This document shows positions 27,299 to 32,787 of a DNA stretch of 32,787 bases, one piece after another. Source of the stretch: an uncultured Eubacteriales bacterium. Lineage in GTDB: Bacteria > Bacillota > Clostridia > Oscillospirales > CAG-272. Both the position numbers and the translations under genes were made by a program. The notes beneath the pieces were generated by a model. The model was not told the DNA's origin, did not search any database, and worked only from the letters and a program-made list of their open reading frames with translations. Position 1 is the first letter of the stretch, and every line of letters starts with the position of its first letter. The stretch is from contig URSW01000002.1 of NCBI GenBank assembly GCA_900550625.1, positions 1-32,787 of the forward strand, read 5' to 3'.

Positions 27299-28516
27299 TC
27301 AGAAATCATGTCCCTGCGTATCTCTCAATCCGAGAATTTCAACCGTAACATTCGGATTACTCTTAAGAATATCGACAAGCTGCTTAGCACTCAGTTCGAT
27401 ATCGGTGAGCGAAGATATGAGCAAAGCGGCATCGTCGCTCACAGTTACTCCCGTATTCTCAAAAAGCTCTCTGAAAGCCGCGGCATTTATTTCCTTCAGA
27501 TAAGCGTATTTTGCAGTACTTTTTGCGTCTTCTTTATTATCCGAAAGCATTCCCGCAATTTTCTCAGTGACCGAAGCGCTGATTTTCTCCGCAGCGACAG
27601 TATCAAAAGATTTTTCTCCGGCAGCGGGCGCCTCACCGGAAATAATGCTTTCAGCATATGCTTCGGCTTCCGCACTCACGTCACGGTCGCCGAGATACAA
27701 ATCCATGCTCACATGTACAGTATCGTCTTCCGCGCTGTGTCTAATCTTCTCGACTGCAAGAGGATCTCTCAGGCGTTTTACGAGAAACTCGACATCAGCC
27801 CAATCTTTCAGAGTTTTGGCGGCGTTTGCTTTCTGCTCTTCCGTCAGTCCGAGAATCTCAACGTAAACTTCGGAATCGTTTTTAAGAATATCGACGATCT
27901 GTTCTGCACTCAGCTCGACATTATACATCCACGGCGTGAGCAGATCCGTATACGCTTCGTCTTTTAACGATATGTTTTTCTTTGCGAAAAACTCTTTGTA
28001 TGTCGAAGAATTTACTTCCGATATGTAAGCATCTCTCGCCTCGCGGATCGCCGCCGCGCGATCATTCTCAAGAAGAGCGCCGACCTTTTCGGAAACGGAA
28101 GCGTTGACTTTTTCGCCCACGGTTTTATCAAACGCTTTTTCGACAGAGGACACATCTTTTCCCGAAATTACGTTTTCGGCATATGCATCCGCCTCGGCGA
28201 AGATATCACGGTCTCCGAAGGAGAGTTCAATAAGCACGGGAATAATGTCGCCCTTCGCGCTGCTTTTCAGCTTTTCGACCGCGGGAAAAGACTGAAGGCG
28301 TTTCACGAGAAGCTCTTCGTCGATCCACGCTCCGTTCTCAACACCGCTCACGACTTCGCCCGCCGACGGAGCAGCCGTGGTTTCCGTTTTACCGGAATTC
28401 TCGGTCTGAGTGTCCGGGGGATTTTCCGACCGATTGCATGAATAAAACGACAAAACTCCAAAGACCATCAAAAAAACGAGACAAAATGCCGTAAACGAAA
28501 AAATGTGTTTTTTCAT
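27299..28516 (-). CDS. Putative lipoprotein built from two tandem copies of an uncharacterised ~160-aa domain
   Basis: 405 aa. Signal peptide with Cys27 in 'VLSFYSC' (an imperfect lipobox). Thr/Pro/Gly-rich linker. Then two homologous halves (see the repeat feature below). SD 'GAAAGGA' upstream. Confidence 0.8.
   Translation of the reverse strand: MKKHIFSFTAFCLVFLMVFGVLSFYSCNRSENPPDTQTENSGKTETTAAPSAGEVVSGVENGAWIDEELLVKRLQSFPAVEKLKSSAKGDIIPVLIELSFGDRDIFAEADAYAENVISGKDVSSVEKAFDKTVGEKVNASVSEKVGALLENDRAAAIREARDAYISEVNSSTYKEFFAKKNISLKDEAYTDLLTPWMYNVELSAEQIVDILKNDSEVYVEILGLTEEQKANAAKTLKDWADVEFLVKRLRDPLAVEKIRHSAEDDTVHVSMDLYLGDRDVSAEAEAYAESIISGEAPAAGEKSFDTVAAEKISASVTEKIAGMLSDNKEDAKSTAKYAYLKEINAAAFRELFENTGVTVSDDAALLISSLTDIELSAKQLVDILKSNPNVTVEILGLRDTQGHDF
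27326..28327 (-). repeat. Intragenic tandem duplication (about 520-bp period) encoding the two domain copies
   Basis: Residues 64-224 align with 239-397 at an offset of 173-175 aa. Examples: 'LVKRLQSFPAVEKLKSSA' vs 'LVKRLRDPLAVEKIRHSA'; 'GDRDIFAEADAYAENVISG' vs 'GDRDVSAEAEAYAESIISG'; 'ELSAEQIVDILKNDSEVYVEILGL' vs 'ELSAKQLVDILKSNPNVTVEILGL'. The similarity is still visible in the DNA (compare about 27321-27410 with 27841-27930). Confidence 0.75.
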
Positions 28517-28655
28517 TTTTGTTTTCCTTTCTTACTTTGGGGTACAACTCGGCATCATCGGATCATGATTTAATAAAACGCATATCGCATCACTCCCAGC
28601 CGTGTATTCAATATTTATTTCGTCAATTTTACACATAATTTATATCTTCATTTTT

Positions 28656-28684
28656 ATTATATCGGTTATTTTTTATCTTGTAAA
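28656..28684 (-). promoter_or_regulatory. Near-consensus sigma-A-type promoter upstream of the lipoprotein gene
   Basis: Minus strand reads 'TTTACA'-17 nt-'TATAAT'. This implies a leader of about 130 nt before ATG 28516. Confidence 0.5.
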
Positions 28685-28696
28685 GGTGACAATTCT

Positions 28697-28728
28697 ACTG
28701 TTTACAACGAAAGCGACAACTGTTTACA
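28697..28728 (-). promoter_or_regulatory. Two phased direct 10-mer repeats upstream of the -35 (candidate regulator binding sites)
   Basis: 'ACTGTTTACA' occurs at 28697-28706 and 28719-28728 (plus-strand reading), which is 'TGTAAACAGT' on the minus strand. The layout is repeat, 12 nt, repeat, 12 nt, then the -35 hexamer, a 22-bp phasing. Confidence 0.4.
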
Positions 28729-28814
28729 GGTACTTAATAAAAAGCGAAAACGCTTTTGATTCCGTTTCGACCACAGGAAATTCACCACCGCGCACGCAAA
28801 AAGTCGTTTCTTTC

Positions 28815-28850
28815 CAAAACAAAAAGGACCTGCGTGCAGATCCTTTTTGT
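28815..28850 (-). terminator. Rho-independent terminator after rqcH
   Basis: Arms 28822-28833 'aaaaggacctgc' and 28836-28847 'gcagatcctttt', with one C-A mismatch and the innermost pairs forming the loop. On the minus strand it is followed by 'TTTTTGTTTT'. It starts 6 nt after the stop. Confidence 0.6.
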
Positions 28851-28853
28851 TTC

Positions 28854-30605
28854 TTAATTCTTTTTAACTTCAAACGCTTTTGCCGCAGCTTCGTCTGCGG
28901 TCACATATGCAGTCCAATTCGTGTGGTATATCACGAATCCCGGTTTTGCGCCCGACGGTCTTTTCAGCTCGCGCACCTTCACATAATCAACCGGAACCGA
29001 AGCGCCTTTGGGCGCCGAAGAATGAACGGCGGCGACGGTTGCGGCCTCGGTGAAATCTTTCTCGGAAGGCTCGTCCCCGTCTGTGATCATCACAACATGC
29101 GATCCCGGTCTGTCCTTCACATGAAACCACCAATCGTTCTTTGAAGCGAGATGAGTTCTGATGTAATCGTTTGAAATATTGTTTTTTCCGCAGTATACGG
29201 TGTATCCGCCTTCGGTGCGAAACGTCAGATACGACGGTGCAGTTTTTTTCTTTGCGGACGGATTGTGCTTTATTTTCGACGCATATCCCGCATCACGAAG
29301 CTCCTCGCGTATCTGTGCGAGCTCCTTTTCACCGTCGGCGCGTGACAGCGCGTCCTCGACACTTTTTATATACCCGAGCTCCTGCGCGGCGAGCTCAAGC
29401 TGTTTTTCAAGCTGAACGACCGCGTTTTTGGATTTGTGATACTTTTTATAAAAGCGCTGTGCGTTCGCCTGAGGCGTCAGTCTTGTATCAAGATGAATTT
29501 CCACGGGCTTCATCTCGTCGTAATAGTTTTCAAGAAGCACCTTATCGGAATTACGGTCTATCCGATAAATATTAGCGGTTATCAAGTCGCCCCAAAGCCG
29601 GTATTTTTCGCTGTCCTGCGCCGAAAGCAACTCCGATGAAAGAAGGGCTTGCTTTTTCTTCAGCCTTGCTTCGGTATTTGAGATAAATCTTTCTATATCC
29701 GAAGCACGCTGGTGCACCCGCTCCGCGCGTCCGCGCTCCTCAAAGAAAATATCAAAAAGTGCGGCAAAGCTTTCCGGATGCTCCTTTTTAACGTCTTCGC
29801 CGTAATAAGTCAGGTCAAGGAAAGAGTAATCCTTCGGTTCTCCGTTTTCTCCGTATCTAACAAGGGTAGGTGTGCCGCTGCCTTCGCCGATCATTTTACG
29901 GAATGAAGAAAGCTCCGACGCAAGGCGGTCGCGGCATTCGCCGAGCAGAATGTCGGTGCTGCCGCCCGCACGGAAAGCAAGCTCGGCGGCGTTGGATGAT
30001 GATATGCCGAGAAAAGCCGCGCAGACCGCGCGCGACGCAGGAGTTGTGTCCGAATACTCTGCAAGGACAGCCGCAAAGTCGGTATCATATGATGTCGGAT
30101 CCGATTTTGCCTGCGCCGGCGGAAGCTCGTAGCGCATCCCCGGCAATATCGGACGCAGCTGTTTGTCGGAAAGCTCGACGGGCTTGAGCACGGCGATTAT
30201 CTTTTCTTCGCCGTCCGTAAGTATAATATTGGAATACTTGCCCATCACCTCGGCGATAATGTGCTTTTCGGTCGGAAATCCGAGCTCGTCGTATGAATCA
30301 AACGATATCTGGATACATCTTTCAAATCCGAGCTGAGAAACTCCGGAGACTCGCCCTCCCGAAAGGTGTTTGCGAAGCAGCATACAAAACATCGGTGCCT
30401 TTTCCGGATTTTCGGTCTTTTTTTCCGTCATACCGATCATCGGAGAGGCACCCGCTGATATTTTCAAACGTCTTGTCGGTCCGTTCTTCACAAGAATTAT
30501 TATTTCATCGCGGGAAGGCTGATATATCTTTTCAACCTTTCCGCCAACAAGAGAAGCTGATATTTCCTTTACGGAAAAAGCCATCATTCCCGCATCAAAA
30601 GCCAT
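28854..30605 (-). CDS. rqcH: Ribosome quality-control protein RqcH (NFACT family; formerly fibronectin-binding protein A / FbpA-like)
   Basis: 583 aa. NFACT-N start 'MAFDAGMMAFSVKEI...GGKVEKIYQPSRDEI'. Central coiled coil. NFACT-R/DUF814 'DWWFHVKDRPGSHVV'. Confidence 0.9.
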   Translation of the reverse strand: MAFDAGMMAFSVKEISASLVGGKVEKIYQPSRDEIIILVKNGPTRRLKISAGASPMIGMTEKKTENPEKAPMFCMLLRKHLSGGRVSGVSQLGFERCIQISFDSYDELGFPTEKHIIAEVMGKYSNIILTDGEEKIIAVLKPVELSDKQLRPILPGMRYELPPAQAKSDPTSYDTDFAAVLAEYSDTTPASRAVCAAFLGISSSNAAELAFRAGGSTDILLGECRDRLASELSSFRKMIGEGSGTPTLVRYGENGEPKDYSFLDLTYYGEDVKKEHPESFAALFDIFFEERGRAERVHQRASDIERFISNTEARLKKKQALLSSELLSAQDSEKYRLWGDLITANIYRIDRNSDKVLLENYYDEMKPVEIHLDTRLTPQANAQRFYKKYHKSKNAVVQLEKQLELAAQELGYIKSVEDALSRADGEKELAQIREELRDAGYASKIKHNPSAKKKTAPSYLTFRTEGGYTVYCGKNNISNDYIRTHLASKNDWWFHVKDRPGSHVVMITDGDEPSEKDFTEAATVAAVHSSAPKGASVPVDYVKVRELKRPSGAKPGFVIYHTNWTAYVTADEAAAKAFEVKKN

Positions 30606-30632
30606 GTTGCATTTTCCTTTCTTTAATACGCT

Positions 30633-31322
30633 TCATTCACATTCGTCGGGGCGGACGCCTATCGCCGTCAACCTTCGCCCGATCTCGGAAAACCCCGCAT
30701 TTTCCGCAAGACGGCATGACGGAATGTTTGCGGCGCATGTCTTATATGACACCGATTTTCCTTCGGAAATAAGTAATTCACAGAGAGCGGAAAGCGCGCA
30801 GCGGGCATACCCCCGTCTCCTGTAAGCCTTCGCGCATTCGACATACACTTCCGTCGAAGAATCATCCGAAAAATCGTTGATCCCGGCGACCGCAACCGTT
30901 TTTCCGTCTTTTACAACAGCAGAACAAAGCCCGCCGTCGGTGCAGCTGTCGGAAAGACCGTCCGCCGCGGGATATTCAATGCCGCTTTCACAGATTTTTG
31001 CAGCGGTGCGGTCATATTCCGGAATCCGTTCTGCATCGCAGATAAAATATTCGCAGATAACTCTGCTTGACTTGCGGTCAAACATCATACCTGATTTCTT
31101 ATAGAAATCCATGAAGCGAGCCGTTATAAAATTCGAAGCCGCATTTCCGAGCGGATCGTCGGAGAATCTCTTTTCAAATTCGCGCGCGATATCTTCCGTG
31201 CACCGATATGTAAGTATTTCGGGGGCTTTTCCCGCTTCGAGATATACTTCAAACGCCGCCGCTATCGGAATATCTCCGTTCATCGCGGCATCTTCGATCT
31301 CTTCGCTTTCAAATTCGATCAC
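30633..31322 (-). CDS. GNAT-family N-acetyltransferase with an uncharacterised ~100-aa N-terminal region
   Basis: 229 aa. GNAT core in the C-terminal half: 'VYVECAKAYRRRGYARCALSALCELL' (R/QxxGxA acetyl-CoA motif) and 'NIPSCRLAENAGFSEIG'. GTG start with SD 'GGAGG' 8 nt upstream. The start overlaps the upstream stop as 'GTGA'. Confidence 0.8.
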   Translation of the reverse strand: MIEFESEEIEDAAMNGDIPIAAAFEVYLEAGKAPEILTYRCTEDIAREFEKRFSDDPLGNAASNFITARFMDFYKKSGMMFDRKSSRVICEYFICDAERIPEYDRTAAKICESGIEYPAADGLSDSCTDGGLCSAVVKDGKTVAVAGINDFSDDSSTEVYVECAKAYRRRGYARCALSALCELLISEGKSVSYKTCAANIPSCRLAENAGFSEIGRRLTAIGVRPDECE

Positions 31323-32467
31323 TTCTTGACCTCCGCATAAGATGACGCTCCGGAATTACATATGACAAAAAAGTTTTCGGTCGAGAAATTTTCAAGTGCC
31401 GCTCCGAGGTTCGCGCGGTCCTCCTTTGCGAAGGGATTTGCCACTTTTCCGTAATACCCGAAAAAGCCTGACACGGACTTTCCGGAGACAAAGCGCACCT
31501 CATTCTCCGAAGTAAACGGCAGAGTTATATCATCGACCGGAGCAGTTGTGCCGTCCGATGAAAGAGATTCGCATGAGGAATAACGAATCTGCACACTGCG
31601 GACGCTGTAAGTTTTTTCGGAAAGATATCCGCCGAGCGGATCGGAGACATCGAGAAACTCAGCCGGGCAAATTACAAGCATCTTTTCTCCGGAATACAGT
31701 TCATCGAGTTTTCCGGAAAACTGCCACTGAACGTAATCCCCCGCTTCGGCATGACGGCCGATCTCCATAAATTCTTCGTATTTTTCATTACCGAGGTATT
31801 CGCGGAAGTTCGCCTCATTTGATCTCATATATGCAATCAGCTCTCCCGGATCCGTCATTCCGAAAACCTTCGAAACCGTGCTGTCCGTCGGCCAATCCGA
31901 AAGGATACGGTCGTCCATCCTTTTTACGGTGCTTCTTTCGAGCGTCGGGACATTATCCGACACCAATCTGAGCTTTCGCTGAGGCGTAAGCGCGGAGTTT
32001 ATATTGTAGAGCTCACGTACAAAATTGTAAAATTCCTTGGTATCCCGTCCGATATCACGCAGTTTTTTCATATTCTCCTGAAACTGCGCTTCGTTTTCCG
32101 AAGCAATACAAAGGTTTATTGCATCCTCCTTATATGTGGACGTGTCTATTGCGATAACCGAAATATCGGCAGTCTGTTTGAGAAAACGTATGTAATCAAG
32201 TATTGCGTCATATGTTGCGCTTACTCCGGTGTCCGCGCCGACGATAAACACCTCGGAATCGGAAAATTCATCTCGTATATCGTAATACTCGGTGAAAGCT
32301 CCGTCAAAAGCCACCTTTTCGGAAGAAAAACGCAGAACGGCGGGATAAAGCACCGACAAGCCCTGCGGTGTAAAAAGCATCACGCACAAAAACTGCAGAA
32401 CGGCCGCCGCCGCTATAAACAAAGACGCAGAACGTATCCGCGAAGAAATATGACTTTTACCACTCAT
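31319..32467 (-). CDS. Hypothetical N-terminally membrane-anchored protein
   Basis: 382-aa ORF. One N-terminal TM helix ('LFIAAAAVLQFLCVMLF'). No motif I recognise. It is translationally coupled to the GNAT gene. Its own SD is poorly spaced (GGAGG lies 14 nt from the ATG). Confidence 0.7.
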   Translation of the reverse strand: MSGKSHISSRIRSASLFIAAAAVLQFLCVMLFTPQGLSVLYPAVLRFSSEKVAFDGAFTEYYDIRDEFSDSEVFIVGADTGVSATYDAILDYIRFLKQTADISVIAIDTSTYKEDAINLCIASENEAQFQENMKKLRDIGRDTKEFYNFVRELYNINSALTPQRKLRLVSDNVPTLERSTVKRMDDRILSDWPTDSTVSKVFGMTDPGELIAYMRSNEANFREYLGNEKYEEFMEIGRHAEAGDYVQWQFSGKLDELYSGEKMLVICPAEFLDVSDPLGGYLSEKTYSVRSVQIRYSSCESLSSDGTTAPVDDITLPFTSENEVRFVSGKSVSGFFGYYGKVANPFAKEDRANLGAALENFSTENFFVICNSGASSYAEVKK

Positions 32468-32567
32468 TACAGATTCTCACGCCTCCAAACGGCAACAAAC
32501 GCTCTCACGGCTGACTGCGGTATCCGAAAAACATCTCACGTACGGATACACGCACCCCGCCTATATT

Positions 32568-32596
32568 ATTTTACTTTATCGCTATCTCTTTGTCAA
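32568..32596 (-). promoter_or_regulatory. Consensus-like sigma-A promoter for the 382-aa/GNAT/rqcH operon
   Basis: Minus strand reads 'TTGACA'-17 nt-'TAAAAT', about 95 nt upstream of ATG 32467. The leader contains a 7-bp hairpin ('gtatccg...cggatac'). Confidence 0.55.
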
Positions 32597-32651
32597 CAGC
32601 GCGTTATGTTTTAGATGAAAGAAAAATGCGCGCGAAGCACTGTTTTTTATA

Positions 32652-32680
32652 TTGTCGGTTTGTCAATGATATGTTACATT
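32652..32680 (+). promoter_or_regulatory. Extended -10 promoter candidate for a plus-strand unit that leaves the window
   Basis: 'TTGTCG'-17 nt-'TACATT' with TG at -15/-14 ('TGTTACATT'). The predicted transcription start falls at the start of the structured leader below. Confidence 0.35.
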
Positions 32681-32683
32681 GTG

Positions 32684-32787
32684 CTTCAAAAAATTATCGA
32701 GAGTAGCCTTGGGTGAAATCCAGTTAAGCGGACGCATGGGAAAGTTATTGTATTTCCGAAGGTGAACGGCGAGTTGTTTTTTGAAGT
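32684..32787 (+). ncRNA. Structured 5' leader / riboswitch candidate (possibly THF-like), truncated by the window end
   Basis: A 10-bp long-range helix pairs 'cttcaaaaaa' (32684-32693) with 'ttttttgaag' (32777-32786) and encloses 83 nt. Inside are smaller pairings: 'CCTT' with 'AAGG', and 'GGAAA' with 'TTTCC'. The interior carries 'AGAGTAG', 'GTTAAG', 'ATGGGA' and 'CGAAG' in the same order as in the THF (folT) riboswitch as I remember it, with comparable spacing for the last three. No model search was possible. Confidence 0.3.

Noticed and set aside
27224-27967. Plus-strand 247-aa ORF starting at the bidirectional terminator and running antisense through the lipoprotein gene
   Set aside because: It begins inside the terminator hairpin and its composition is low-complexity (S/F/R/I). 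The minus-strand gene has a signal peptide, an SD and an internally consistent duplicated domain.
28602-29144. Plus-strand 180-aa ORF covering the AT-rich intergenic region and the 3' end of rqcH
   Set aside because: Its first half is translated AT-rich promoter DNA ('IFISSILHIIYIFIFIISVIFY'), and it reads straight through the rqcH terminator. It has no SD.
30633-32467. The GNAT gene and its overlapping upstream gene as a GNAT-toxin/antitoxin (TacT-like) module
   Set aside because: Known GNAT toxin systems pair a GNAT of about 160-180 aa with a small RHH/Xre DNA-binding antitoxin. Here the partner is a 382-aa membrane-anchored protein with no DNA-binding motif, and the GNAT has an extra N-terminal region.
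32684-32787. T-box or yybP-ykoY (Mn2+) riboswitch interpretation of the terminal leader, based on 'GAGAGTAGC'
   Set aside because: No specifier-loop or stem I architecture of adequate length is visible, and no T-box sequence lies within the window. The yybP 3' conserved block (..AGCAAGACC..) is absent. These were kept only as alternatives to test with covariance models.
1-32787. Whole-window scan for CRISPR repeats, IS elements or inverted repeats, integrases, tRNA or rRNA genes and phage or defence genes
   Set aside because: Nothing of the kind is visible by eye. There are no short regularly spaced repeats, no transposase or recombinase-like ORFs and no tRNA-like TPsiC arms in intergenic DNA. 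Every ORF over 100 aa that is not antisense to a confident gene is accounted for in the feature list.

Overview
This window looks like a core chromosomal segment of a spore-forming Firmicute of the class Clostridia. The taxon is inferred from gene content and order only. Nearly all of it is conserved housekeeping DNA arranged in four or five long transcription units.

(1) Minus strand, about 18.2 kb down to 7.1 kb: the classic pyrH-frr-uppS-cdsA-dxr-rseP-ispG-polC cluster, with a sigma-A-type promoter at one end and an intrinsic terminator at the other.

(2) Minus strand, about 7.07 kb down to 0.78 kb or beyond. This operon has its own promoter. It encodes a 1411-aa membrane-anchored TPR/vWA/IPT giant protein, a 539-aa secreted Ig-like tail-anchored protein and a 101-aa 2-TM miniprotein, followed by a DUF305 gene.

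(3) Divergent pair at about 19 kb: a DUF1080 protein (minus) and a 2xLysM-GH18 spore-cortex-type hydrolase (plus).

(4) Plus strand, 20.7-27.3 kb: pcrA, proS (archaeal/eukaryote-like type), a SEDS (FtsW/RodA/SpoVE) gene and mtaB, ending in a perfect bidirectional terminator.

(5) Minus strand: a lipoprotein made of two tandem copies of an unrecognised domain of about 160 aa. It is followed by an operon of a 382-aa membrane-anchored hypothetical, a GNAT acetyltransferase and rqcH.

The last ~100 nt on the plus strand look like the start of a structured 5' leader that runs off the window.

I found no CRISPR array, transposase or integrase, tRNA or rRNA gene, or recognisable defence or toxin-antitoxin genes. 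I cannot point to a convincing new system. The largest block of unexplained biology is the vWA giant-protein operon.

Other sequence-level oddities:
- Two essential membrane-protein genes (rseP and the SEDS gene) can only start at non-ATG/GTG/TTG codons, each 9 nt after the GGAGG/GGAAG core of a strong SD.
- PolC has a C-terminal extension carrying a second clamp-binding-like motif.
- Phased 10-mer repeats lie upstream of the lipoprotein promoter.
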